Shown: positions 1-8,316, numbered from the stretch's first letter. The stretch: 64,000 nt of DNA from an uncultured Acidimicrobiaceae bacterium (GCA_963785415.1 CAWAVB010000001.1:1821125-1885124), one strand, 5' to 3'. Notes: generated by a model from the sequence alone, not told the origin. Program-made: numbers and translations.

Positions 1-57
1 ACCTTCACCTACTCCAACCACTGCACGTCTCATGCGCTCGGTGATTCACATGGCTAG
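1..57 (+). CDS. 3' end of an ORF running in from upstream; possibly a paralog of the TasA/camelysin-like gene at 325..1047
   Basis: Frame 1 reads TFTYSNHCTSHALGDSHG then a stop at 55..57. The TFTY tail and the DNA accttcac.tac match the C-terminus (TPTFTYNYSS*) of the next gene. Only 18 codons are visible. Confidence 0.3.
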   Translation, partial: TFTYSNHCTSHALGDSHG

Positions 58-112
58 CGCACGACGACTTCGAGACTTCGGTCTCGATCGACAAGGTGTT
101 GCGGCTCTGCCC

Positions 113-138
113 GGCGGGGCGTTTATTCCCGCCCCGTC
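113..138 (+). terminator. GC-rich hairpin downstream of the partial ORF (possible terminator)
   Basis: The arm cggggcg (115..121) pairs with cgccccg (130..136) around a T-rich loop tttattcc. There is no clear U-tract. Confidence 0.3.
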
Positions 139-324
139 TGGACCGCACCAACGGGGAGTTCCCCCATGGGAGCTCCCTGGCAACAAACACGAACCCGCCT
201 GGGTTCCTGGACAAAGGCGACGTGATGATCCACAGGCCGTATCTGGTCGCCGGACCTGCGGGGAGCGACTGGCGAACCCGACGCCTCAGTCAGTAGTCCA
301 TCTATTGAAGAGAGGCAGAACGAT

Positions 325-1047
325 ATGAAATTCCGCTTTATTGCACTTATGGGAGTGCTGAGCCTCGCAGGCCTGGGCCTGGTCGGGGCTGGCGCTCACG
401 CCATTTGGACCACATCCTCCACGAGCAGCCAGACGATCACGGCAGGCACGCCCCAAGTCGTGTTGTCATCGGCCGACGCGAGCAACGGTTGCACCACCAT
501 TGCGATTGCCGAAGCCAATCCGGGGCCATGCAGCGGAACACTCACCTTGAATGCACCCGCCATTGTTGGATCGACGTTTGAAACGCCAGCCAGCCAGGTC
601 TGGGTGACTAACACCGGTGACGTCCCGGTGACTGAAACGAGCATCCAGATGGGTGCGTCGAGCGGCGGCTCGTCTGCCGACAACGCGTTGTTTTCCCAGA
701 TGAACGTGTGCCTCCACAGTTGGGACCTAAGTTACAACACCACCTACGCGGGCCCCGGTTGGGTTGAGGCAAACGCGCCTCTGAGTGAGGCCGTGGCTCT
801 GGTCCCGACCGTCGTAGAGAATCCGGTCGTCATAGCACCAGGGGCATCCATCTGGTACTCGATGGAGTTCTACGCAGGGAAAGACTCGGCCTGTGGCACG
901 ACCTGGAGCGATGGCGGGCACACGGCTTCTGCTTTGTCGGGAGCGACGTACCCAAACGTGAACCCCTGGGTTATGCCAGCGAGCCTGACCAACGCGGCTG
1001 AGGGCGGCGTTGTCACTCCGACCTTCACGTACAACTACAGCAGCTGA
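325..1047 (+). CDS. secreted TasA/camelysin-like protein with a SipW-cognate (actinobacterial alternate-type) signal peptide
   Basis: The N-terminus MKFRFIALMGVLSLAGLGLVGAGAHAIWTTSSTSSQTITAGTPQVVL is a hydrophobic signal followed by A-x-W...aGt, as in the signal-peptide family that co-occurs with SipW peptidases. The mature part is Ser/Thr/Gly/Asn/Val-rich. A purine-rich RBS (agagagg) lies upstream and a SipW-type peptidase gene lies directly downstream. G+C is lower than in the rest of the window. Confidence 0.7.
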   Translation: MKFRFIALMGVLSLAGLGLVGAGAHAIWTTSSTSSQTITAGTPQVVLSSADASNGCTTIAIAEANPGPCSGTLTLNAPAIVGSTFETPASQVWVTNTGDVPVTETSIQMGASSGGSSADNALFSQMNVCLHSWDLSYNTTYAGPGWVEANAPLSEAVALVPTVVENPVVIAPGASIWYSMEFYAGKDSACGTTWSDGGHTASALSGATYPNVNPWVMPASLTNAAEGGVVTPTFTYNYSS

Positions 1048-1072
1048 GCAGCCTTAGATAACAGCAGGACAA

Positions 1073-1107
1073 AGTAATGGGGGGATCTTTACGATCCCCC
1101 CATTACT
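1073..1107 (+). terminator. perfect 15-bp inverted repeat hairpin after the TasA-like gene
   Basis: agtaatggggggatc (1073..1087), loop tttac, gatccccccattact (1093..1107), 26 nt after the stop codon. No U-tract follows, so it may be a terminator, attenuator or RNA-stability element. Confidence 0.5.
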
Positions 1108-1316
1108 GCTATCTGGCGTCCAAGTTGGCACGGCATCTGCATACCTCACCGGGACCGAGCCTTGGGTCCGGCACTTCGTTCTTGTGGTAAAGCCGCCGTG
1201 CGATGATGAGGCGAACAGGCCGATGAGGTCACCAATGTTCGCGACGGCCTTCGCGGGTGGAAGGTTCACATTGGCGATTACCTGTGCGACGGCACACCGT
1301 CATCGCAGGAGGGATC

Positions 1317-2378
1317 ATGACAACGGACGACGCTCCTCCGGTGGCCGAGGACGGCACGCCGCCCCCTGTGGCCGAGGGGGACACTTCGCCGGTGGCCGAG
1401 GAGGGCATTCCACCGGTCGCTGAGGACGGTTCGCCGCCCCCTGTGGCCGAGGGGGACACTTCGCCGGTGGCCGAGGACGGTACGCCCCTGGTCGTCGAGG
1501 ACGAGACCCCTCCTGTCTCTGAGATCGGCACGCTTCCGGTCCCTGAGGTCGTCACCACTTCGGTCGCTGACGGCGGTACGCCTGCAGTCCCTGAGGTCGG
1601 CACCCCGCTGGTCGCCGAGGACGGCGCTCCCGTCCTTGAGGGCGACGCGCCTCTGGTCGTCGAGACCGGCACTCCTGGCATAGCTGAGGACGGCCTACGG
1701 GTCGATCAGGAAGGCATGCCGATCACTGCGGGTGGCACTCCGCCAGTCACAGGCGACATCTTCTTGGGCGCGGAGGAGGGCACTCCGAGAACCTCGGCAC
1801 GCCCACGCTCAAAGTACGCAACCTGGGCCAGGCGGCTTCGCATGGTTATCGCCTACGTGCTGCTGCTGGCGGTCCTTGGTGCAGCGGGAATCGCCGCTTT
1901 CGCACTGGTCCAAGGCACCTGGATGGTGTCACCGATCCTCTCGGGCAGCATGCGACCCGGACTCGCCGTCGGCGGAGTGGTCATCAGCCAGCGTGTCCCA
2001 GTGGACAGCCTGCACGTGCGGGACGTGATCGTGTTCGCCGGCCCGTACAAGCCCTCCGAGCAGATCGTGCACCGCATCGTCCGCATCACCAAGGGCCCCG
2101 GCGGAAAGCTCCTGTTCAAAACCCAGGGCGATGCGAACACGGTCCGGGACCCGTGGACCTTATCGATACCTGGGGGCTACGTATACCGAGCACGCTGGAC
2201 GGTCCCGCTCCTCGGCTACGTCGCCAACGCCTATCAGAACCACCGTGGTTTCTTTCTGCTCGGGGTTGGCATCGTCCTGATACTGATCGCTGTCAGCACG
2301 GTTCTTGGCACACGCCCACGCCGCCGCCGCCGACATGCGCGGCGAGCTACTCCGGCTACGTGGAGGAGCCTGCGGTGA
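1317..2378 (+). CDS. type I signal peptidase, SipW/archaeal-like (S26B), with a ~150-aa acidic Pro-rich repeat N-terminus
   Basis: Ser box SGSMRPGL, His box QIVHRIV and GDANTVRDPW are present. Hydrophobic helices sit before (VIAYVLLLAVLGAAGIAAFALV) and after (FFLLGVGIVLILIAVSTVL) the catalytic domain, followed by a basic tail. ATG 1317 is preceded by aggaggga; the ORF-track start at 1257 is less likely. Confidence 0.85.
   Translation: MTTDDAPPVAEDGTPPPVAEGDTSPVAEEGIPPVAEDGSPPPVAEGDTSPVAEDGTPLVVEDETPPVSEIGTLPVPEVVTTSVADGGTPAVPEVGTPLVAEDGAPVLEGDAPLVVETGTPGIAEDGLRVDQEGMPITAGGTPPVTGDIFLGAEEGTPRTSARPRSKYATWARRLRMVIAYVLLLAVLGAAGIAAFALVQGTWMVSPILSGSMRPGLAVGGVVISQRVPVDSLHVRDVIVFAGPYKPSEQIVHRIVRITKGPGGKLLFKTQGDANTVRDPWTLSIPGGYVYRARWTVPLLGYVANAYQNHRGFFLLGVGIVLILIAVSTVLGTRPRRRRRHARRATPATWRSLR
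1335..1784 (+). repeat. coding tandem repeat: about 17-18 imperfect 7-10-aa units (consensus P-P-V-A-E-D-G-T)
   Basis: PPVAEDGT PPPVAEGDTS PVAEEGI PPVAEDGS PPPVAEGDTS PVAEDGT PLVVEDET PPVSEIGT ... PGIAEDGL. A 46-nt exact direct repeat occurs at 1357..1402 and 1432..1477. Confidence 0.9.
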
Positions 2379-2397
2379 TGGACCTTGATGGAACCCG

Positions 2398-2622
2398 GTG
2401 AGTGACTTCCTCGTCATTTACCTCGACTCCATCGACGAGCAGCTCTTGGAGTACCTCGACGAGGACGACGAGCTGAGGCTTGATGCCGCCCAGCGGCTCA
2501 GGTTCTACACGAGAGTCCTACTCGAAGGTTCGATCAGCCCGGACCACGTCATGGAGGACTGGCCGGACTGGTATCAGCTCGCCCCCGCCTTCGTGGCCAC
2601 CTATGGCCCCGATGAGCTATAG
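2398..2622 (+). CDS. small acidic hypothetical protein (74 aa)
   Basis: ORF MSDFLVIYLDSIDEQLLEYLDEDDELRLD... with a GTG start 20 nt after the peptidase stop, on the same strand. No recognisable family. Its coding status rests only on position and the absence of a competing gene. Confidence 0.4.
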   Translation: MSDFLVIYLDSIDEQLLEYLDEDDELRLDAAQRLRFYTRVLLEGSISPDHVMEDWPDWYQLAPAFVATYGPDEL

Positions 2623-2768
2623 AAGCTGGAAGGCGCGGCGGAGTTCCTTGGAGCGATCGAGGAGGACGAGGAAGTGAACCTCACCGAGGCCGACCGGTCC
2701 TACCTCAAGGCCCTTGAGACGTGGCTTGGCATGTATCCAGAGATGCGACCCACCCAGTAGTGGCGAAC

Positions 2769-3365
2769 TCAGCTTTCCGGGAAGCCCCGGTCGATAGCTT
2801 CGAGGAGATCCGCGTCCGACAAGTGCAGGTACCTCGTAGTCGTCGCGATGTTGGAATGGCCCATCACGCGCTGCACGACGTGGATGTCCTCTCCCCGGCG
2901 CACCAGGCTCGTGGCGTAGCTGTGGCGCCACCGGTGGGGAAAGTGGCGACCCGCCACGCCCGCCGAGGTCCCGGCCTCTAGCACCAGATTGTGCAGCGCC
3001 CGGGGTCCGTAGCGACCGCGGAGGCTCCGGTTGCCGTTGGGGTTGGCGAACAAGTACGCGGACTCCGGCAGGCTGGGCCGTAGTGTTTCCCGGTACTCGC
3101 GGAGCACGTCCGCCAGAAGGTGGGGGATGGGGATCACCCGAGGTTTGCGTCCCTTGCCGACGAGCGAGATCTGCCGAGCCTCAAGGTCGACTTCGTCTGT
3201 GCGCAGGGTCACCAGTTCGCTCAGGCGCGGGCCGGTATATCGAAACGTGAGGAGGAGCACCCGGTCCACCTGCGCCGCCGACGAACGCCGCGTGCGGGTC
3301 CTCAAGGATCTCGACCAGGACGTCTCCGGCCGGGACGTCATCGTGACGGCCGGAGACGTCGACAC
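2769..3365 (-). pseudogene. truncated tyrosine recombinase (phage-integrase family); catalytic C-terminal domain only
   Basis: RLSELVTLR, HRWRHSYATSLV and VMGHSNIATTTRYLH (the R..H-x-x-R..H..Y boxes) are present. The N-terminal SAM-like/core-binding domain is missing. Family-like sequence starts near 3269; the first ~32 codons of the ORF are merely antisense to the hpt fragment. Confidence 0.7.
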
Positions 3366-3545
3366 GGGGCTATCGATCCGCTACGTCGTCGACTTCCTCG
3401 AGCGCCGGGGGCCCGCCAGGTCGGTCTGCGCGCTGCTCGACTGGCCGGTCGCCGCATCGTGCCGGTCCCGCTCCGGTCCTGCGGCACCGAGACCGGCGAG
3501 GACTTCCTCCTCGGCTACGGGCTTGATTTCGCCGACCTCTGCTAG
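3292..3545 (+). pseudogene. hpt: hypoxanthine phosphoribosyltransferase 3' fragment, frameshifted
   Basis: One frame reads VRVLKDLDQDVSGRDVIVTAGDVDTGLSIRYVVDFLERRGPARSVCALLDWP. The sequence continues in another frame as RRIVPVPLRSCGTETGEDFLLGYGLDFADLC*, with the frame switch near 3447..3452. The PRPP-loop acidic pair (E-D) is replaced by A-G, and the N-terminal half of the gene is absent. Confidence 0.65.
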
Positions 3546-3596
3546 GAGCCACCCGACGGGTGGACCCGAGGCGCCGCCGGCTCAGCAGCTGCGCGC

Positions 3597-3881
3597 TTAG
3601 GCGGTCTCATCCCTCCTCATCACGAGCCTGGACGATCCCTTCTCGGCATCCAAAGCCAGCTTCCAACGTGGCATCTGGTAGGCGAGCCAGCCGACAAGTC
3701 CCGCCGCCACGAAGAGCAAGGCTCCCCACCAGTAGCCGTAGGCGCAGAAGATGGCCCCGAGGGCGATCAGCCAAAGAGCAACGACGGCGCGAACAGCCGC
3801 AACGCCTTTGACGTGGCGCCACCCAAACCTCGGCACGCGGCGTCTGATGAAGGGCGGAACGGTTCTGGTCGATCCCCGCAT
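3597..3881 (-). CDS. small membrane protein, two predicted TM helices (hypothetical)
   Basis: AAVRAVVALWLIALGAIFCAYGYWWGALLFVAAGLVGWLAY is a hydrophobic hairpin. No family recognised. Confidence 0.45.
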   Translation of the reverse strand: MRGSTRTVPPFIRRRVPRFGWRHVKGVAAVRAVVALWLIALGAIFCAYGYWWGALLFVAAGLVGWLAYQMPRWKLALDAEKGSSRLVMRRDETA

Positions 3882-3963
3882 TGGCCCGTCTTTCTTGTGC
3901 CGGTGTCCCCGGTTGAGGGGTGCTTCTTCGATCGTCTCAGCTTGGGCCCGCCCGCGCAGCTTG

Positions 3964-4782
3964 TCAGCGCATCAATTGTCGCAGCACCCGGTAGCCGATG
4001 GTCGCCAGACCGTTCGTGTCGACGAGCCGGCTGAGCGTTCCCCGGGCTTCGAGCAGGGTGGCGTCGGTGATCCGTGCCTGCCAGTCGACGGCGGAGGCGC
4101 GCAACTCCGGCGTGTCGAGTGCCGGCGCGGCACGCACCTCGGTGATCCCCGGCGGGACGAGGTTGAGGTCTGACGCGTCCCCGGTGAACGCCGATATCGG
4201 CAGGACTCGGTCCGGGGCGAGGACGCCCCGTTCGATTGCGAGTTCGCGAAACGGAAAGCCGACCCGCCGTTCCTCCTCGGGGCCCGGGAGGCGCACAGGG
4301 AGCCGGAGCTCATCGGCGAGATCGAGGTAGACGTCGAAGAACTCCGGCTTCAGTTCCACCCCCCCGAGATGGGCGTCGAGATGGGTCACGTCGAATCCCC
4401 AGAGGATCGACCGGTCGATCTGGGCGCGCCACTCGTGCCGCACCTCGTCGAGATCGGCGTGCTCCCAGACGTCCTCGATCGTCCGGGGGAAGCCCCCTTC
4501 GCCGTCGAGCAGCGACGGGGCGTGGGTGATCGGTCCCCAGCGATAGAGCTCGTGCTCCGCGTTCAACGTGAGGTGGACGCCGACGTCTTCGCCGCGATAG
4601 GCGTGAACGGCGCCCCTCGCCCAGGGGGCGGGGACCATCAGCGAGGCGGACGTGGCGGCACCCTGGCGCAACGCGCCGTAGATCGCGACGTTCGCGGCGT
4701 GCAGGAAGCCGAGATCGTCGCACGTGACGATCAGCACGCGCGCCTCAGGTGCCAGTCCGAGCCGAGCGGCGAGTGAGGTCAT
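3964..4782 (-). CDS. ChbG/YdjC-family carbohydrate deacetylase
   Basis: Family motifs are present: VTCDDLGF...ATSASLMV, VGVHLTLN and VTHLDAHLG. Confidence 0.8.
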   Translation of the reverse strand: MTSLAARLGLAPEARVLIVTCDDLGFLHAANVAIYGALRQGAATSASLMVPAPWARGAVHAYRGEDVGVHLTLNAEHELYRWGPITHAPSLLDGEGGFPRTIEDVWEHADLDEVRHEWRAQIDRSILWGFDVTHLDAHLGGVELKPEFFDVYLDLADELRLPVRLPGPEEERRVGFPFRELAIERGVLAPDRVLPISAFTGDASDLNLVPPGITEVRAAPALDTPELRASAVDWQARITDATLLEARGTLSRLVDTNGLATIGYRVLRQLMR

Positions 4783-4806
4783 CGGTCCAGCGGTGATCGC
4801 GGCCGG

Positions 4807-5298
4807 TCAGTCGCCGATCCGGCTCTGCAGCGAGGCGTCGCGCGCCCGCACGTCGCGCGCCAGGCGTTGCTGGAACTCGACGACAGCCGCGGCGACGCGT
4901 TCGTCGGTGATGCCGATCATGCGCGCGGCGAGCAGTCCGGCATTGCGCGCGCCGTCGATCCCGACGGTCGCCACCGGCACGCCGCGGGGCATCTGCACCA
5001 TCGAAAGCAGCGAATCGAGCCCCGAGAGCGCGGGGAGCGCGATCGGCACGCCGATCACCGGAAGCGACGTGGCCCCGGCGAGCACGCCTGCGAGGTGCGC
5101 CGCGCCACCCGCACCCGCGATGATGACCTGGATGCCGCGGGCACGGCAGTCGCGCGCGTACCCGAGCGCGTCTTCGGGTGTGCGGTGCGCCGAGATGACG
5201 CGCATTTCCCACGGGATGCCCAACTCGTCGAGGGCTTCGGCGGCTTGACGCATCACCGTCTCGTCGGAGTCGCTCCCCATCACGATCGCGACGCTCAT
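4807..5298 (-). CDS. purE: 5-(carboxyamino)imidazole ribonucleotide mutase
   Basis: VAIVMGSDSD, ISAHRTP and IIAGAGGAAHLAGV are present; the 163-aa length is typical. No purK lies adjacent. Confidence 0.93.
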   Translation of the reverse strand: MSVAIVMGSDSDETVMRQAAEALDELGIPWEMRVISAHRTPEDALGYARDCRARGIQVIIAGAGGAAHLAGVLAGATSLPVIGVPIALPALSGLDSLLSMVQMPRGVPVATVGIDGARNAGLLAARMIGITDERVAAAVVEFQQRLARDVRARDASLQSRIGD

Positions 5299-5379
5299 CG
5301 GTCGTCCACCTTACGGCGAGGAAGGTCGTGTCGTCCGACGACGCCGACGGTGCGGGGCGCGCCGTCGCCGGGCGGAGGC

Positions 5380-5919
5380 CTAGTCGCGGCCGCCGAGCGG
5401 AGCGAGCCGCTTCCCGATCAACCCGAGCACCCGCCCGATCGCCATGCCGCCGACGACGTCCGAGGCGTGGTGGATACGGACGTAGACCCTGCTGGTGGCG
5501 ACGACCACCGCCGTCGCGAAGTACAAGGGCGCGAGCCGCTCGTCGCCGTCCGAGAGCAACGTCGCCCCGCAGAAGGCCGCGGTGGCATGACCGGAGGGGA
5601 AGCTCGAGGACAGCGGCTGCCGCAATGGAAGGGGGTGATCGTGGTTGTTCACCGGGCGATGGCGGCGCACGAATGACTTCATGACGACGTTGACGAGAAA
5701 CGACTCGACACCGGTCGCGACGATCGCCCGCAACGCCGCCTTCTCGTGGGTGCGACCGCCGCGCCACGCGCGCAGGAGCGCGAAGACGACCCAGATCAGC
5801 CCGAATTCGCCGAGCGCGGAGGCGGTGTAGAAGACCCGGTCCGCAACGGGGTTCCCGCGGATGTGATCGAACAGCGCGTCGACGCGCTCGTCGAAGTCCG
5901 CGACGAGCTGGTTGGCCAT
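5380..5919 (-). CDS. PAP2-family membrane phosphatase
   Basis: All three PAP2 boxes are present: KSFVRRHRP, FPSGHA and SRVYVRIHHASDV. Confidence 0.85.
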   Translation of the reverse strand: MANQLVADFDERVDALFDHIRGNPVADRVFYTASALGEFGLIWVVFALLRAWRGGRTHEKAALRAIVATGVESFLVNVVMKSFVRRHRPVNNHDHPLPLRQPLSSSFPSGHATAAFCGATLLSDGDERLAPLYFATAVVVATSRVYVRIHHASDVVGGMAIGRVLGLIGKRLAPLGGRD

Positions 5920-5943
5920 CGCGGCCCGAGGTTAGTCGGGCCG

Positions 5944-6744
5944 CTACGCGGTCGCCTCGTTCGTCGCGGGTGCCGCACCCGCAAATGCAGGGCAGAGCGG
6001 CCGGAATGCGCACGTCTTGCACAGAGCCGAGGGACTCGGGCGGAAGTCCCCGGAAGTGCACGCCCGGCCGATCGCATCCCAGACCGCGAGGGCCCGCTGG
6101 CGAACAGCGCGCATTCCCTGATCGGTCGGGGACTCGACGAGGACGACCTCGTCGCGCAGGTACATGAGGCGGACCTCTTGCGGGCGGGTGCCGAGCACCT
6201 CCTCGCACAGCATGGCGTAGAAGTACACACCGGCGAGGCTCGTGCGCGACCGCTCGGGCGGCGGCGCCCGTCCGGTCTTGTAGTCGACAACCGCGAGCTG
6301 ACCACCGCCGAGATCGTCGAGGCGGTCGATGATCCCGCGCAGCTCCACGCCTTCGAGGGTCGCGTGCAGGTCGAGCTCGAGTCCGACGTCGTGCACCGTC
6401 GTCGGGTCCTCGAGGGAGAAATACCGCTCGAGGAGCTCCGTCGCGTCCTCGAGGAGGTGACGCGAGGCGGCGTCGTCGAGCGCCAGCCCGGTGAACTCCT
6501 CCGATTCCGAGATCTCGCCCCACGCCGCGGTGAGCGACTCACGCGCCCGCTCCCGGCTCCGTTCGGGGCCCTGGGCGGAGCTGAAGAGAAGCTCGAGTGC
6601 TTTGTGCACGAGCGTGCCGCGCACTTGCTGGACCGAGGACGGCTCGGGGAGCCGGTCGATGTGCGCGTAACGGAAGGCGAGCGGGCACTGCACGAATCGG
6701 GCGAGCTTCGAAGGGGACAGGGTGCTCGGCAGGGGAAGGGGCAT
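5944..6744 (-). CDS. PD-(D/E)XK RecB-family/Cas4-like nuclease with Cys cluster
   Basis: LSPSKLARFVQCPLAFRY at the N-terminus, an IIDRLD...VVDYKTG nuclease core and a C-terminal CKTCAFRPLCP. The start is moved to the internal ATG at 6744, because the longer ORF (to 6882) overlaps the upstream hydrolase gene. Confidence 0.8.
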   Translation of the reverse strand: MPLPLPSTLSPSKLARFVQCPLAFRYAHIDRLPEPSSVQQVRGTLVHKALELLFSSAQGPERSRERARESLTAAWGEISESEEFTGLALDDAASRHLLEDATELLERYFSLEDPTTVHDVGLELDLHATLEGVELRGIIDRLDDLGGGQLAVVDYKTGRAPPPERSRTSLAGVYFYAMLCEEVLGTRPQEVRLMYLRDEVVLVESPTDQGMRAVRQRALAVWDAIGRACTSGDFRPSPSALCKTCAFRPLCPAFAGAAPATNEATA

Positions 6745-6757
6745 CGCTGTGTTGAGG

Positions 6758-7594
6758 CTACGCCCCGGCTGTGTCCACCGCCGACAGGAAAGCCGCGGCC
6801 AGCGCCGCCGGGTCTTCGCACGGGCCGGAGTGACCGAGTCCCGCGAACTCCTCGACGACGCCGTTGACCAGCCTCGCGGCAATCGTGTCGGCTGCTGCCG
6901 CCGACAGCACGTTCGATGCCGATCCCCGGGCGATCGTCACGGGGCAGCCGATCGCGCCGAGCCGACCGTAGATCTCGAAGTGCCGGGCCGCCTCGTAGAT
7001 GCGCGCCTCGTTCTCGGGTGGGCAGGCGAGTCCGACCGAGCCGTCGGGTAGGTCGACCAGACCGCCCTCGAGGTAACCGGCGAGCGCGTCGGGGTCCCAG
7101 TCCCCGAAGTGCGGGTTCTCGCGGAAGCGATCTGCCGCCTCGGACCGGGACGCGAACACCGCCCGGCGGCGACGCGCGACCTCGGCGATCCCGCCGTCGG
7201 GCGGATCGGGCACCTCCGGGGCAAAGACGATCGGCTCGTAACAGAACAGGCGAGCGAAGGTGCCCGGCTTCCCGGCTTCGACGCCGAGGATCGCTGTCGC
7301 GCCGAGGGAATGGCCGAACGCGACGGGGTGGTCGAATTCGAGCCTGTCCACAGCGATGCGCACGTCGTCGACGAAACCCGCCCAACCGAAATGGGGCGGC
7401 GCCGACGACGCGCCGTGTCCGCGCAGATCGAGCGCCCAGCACGCAAAGCGCGCCGAGAGGTGCCGTGCGAGAGGGCCGAGGCACAGGCCGTTTGCGCCGG
7501 CACCGTGGACGAGCAGCGCGGATTGTCCTTCGCCACCAAGGTCATAGGCGACGAGCTCGACCCCATCGGTGCTCGCGAGTCTCACGGTCGACAC
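6758..7594 (-). CDS. alpha/beta-fold hydrolase
   Basis: LLVHGAGANG and the nucleophile elbow FGHSLGA are present; size is typical. Confidence 0.8.
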   Translation of the reverse strand: MSTVRLASTDGVELVAYDLGGEGQSALLVHGAGANGLCLGPLARHLSARFACWALDLRGHGASSAPPHFGWAGFVDDVRIAVDRLEFDHPVAFGHSLGATAILGVEAGKPGTFARLFCYEPIVFAPEVPDPPDGGIAEVARRRRAVFASRSEAADRFRENPHFGDWDPDALAGYLEGGLVDLPDGSVGLACPPENEARIYEAARHFEIYGRLGAIGCPVTIARGSASNVLSAAAADTIAARLVNGVVEEFAGLGHSGPCEDPAALAAAFLSAVDTAGA

Positions 7595-7671
7595 GCGGGA
7601 ACGCTACCGCCGGCCGGTGCGCGACCCGCCGGCGGGAGGACCGCGGTCCCGGGTCGAGTACAACTAGGGGC

Positions 7672-8316
7672 GTGCAACACCTCCTCACTGAATCGGGCTA
7701 CGCCGCGCTCATCCTTTTCGCCTTCGCCGAGGCCTGCTGCGTGCCGATCCCGTCGGAGGTCACGTTCGGGTTCGCCGGCGTGCTCGCCGCGTCGGGCCGG
7801 CTGAATCTCGCGCTCGTGCTCAGCGTGGGCATCGTGGCCGAGCTCGCCGGGTCGTCGACCGCTTTCGGTGTCGGACGGATCGGAGGCCGGCCGCTCGTCG
7901 AACGTCTCGGCCGGTACGTCCTCCTCACCTCAAGGGATCTCGACCGCGCCGAGCGCTGGTTGTCGGGCAGGGGGGAGTTCGCCGTGACGATCGGCCGCGC
8001 CATGCCCGTCGTGCGCGCGTTCACGTCGATCGTCGCCGGGACGGCCGAGATGCCCCTCTGGCGCTTCGAGATCTTCAACTTCATCGGCACCGTCGTCTAC
8101 ACGAGCGCCTTCGCCGCGGTCGGATACGAGGTCGGCAACGAGTGGAAGCGCATCGCGCACGACTTCTCGATCGCCGGCTACGTGCTCGCCGGACTCGTCG
8201 TCGTCGCCGTCGTGGCGTTCATCGTCGTGAGAGTCCGCGAGTTCCGCCGCGAACACCGCCTGGCGGGTGCGACTCCCGGAACCTCGAGAGACGACGGGGA
8301 CGCAGCGGTCCGCTAG
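7672..8316 (+). CDS. DedA-family membrane protein
   Basis: GYAALILFAFAEACCVPIPSEV...FGRxxP..R matches the DedA/SNARE-associated pattern. The start is set at in-frame GTG 7672; the upstream 250 codons of ORF 6916..8316 are an Arg-rich artefact antisense to the hydrolase. Confidence 0.85.
   Translation: MQHLLTESGYAALILFAFAEACCVPIPSEVTFGFAGVLAASGRLNLALVLSVGIVAELAGSSTAFGVGRIGGRPLVERLGRYVLLTSRDLDRAERWLSGRGEFAVTIGRAMPVVRAFTSIVAGTAEMPLWRFEIFNFIGTVVYTSAFAAVGYEVGNEWKRIAHDFSIAGYVLAGLVVVAVVAFIVVRVREFRREHRLAGATPGTSRDDGDAAVR

Noticed and set aside
1335-1784. Possibility that the tandem repeats here and at 30691..30960 are a CRISPR array or non-coding satellite.
   Set aside because: Units are 21-30 nt with no spacer-like unique inserts. 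They keep one open reading frame continuous with flanking protein domains, and there are no cas genes in the window.
3031-3291. 5' part of ORF 3031..3600 (189 aa) as a possible full-length gene.
   Set aside because: The first ~87 codons are simply antisense to the integrase catalytic domain. Only the segment from about 3292 resembles HPRT, and it then needs a frameshift to continue.
4745-7484. Very long minus-strand ORFs (4745..6523, 592 aa; 5796..7484, 562 aa) and a plus-strand ORF (5746..6867).
   Set aside because: The translations are dominated by Arg/Pro/Gly/Ala with no motifs. They overlap purE, the PAP2 phosphatase, the RecB-like nuclease and the hydrolase, all of which carry clear family signatures in other frames. 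These are typical stop-free alternative frames of high-G+C DNA.
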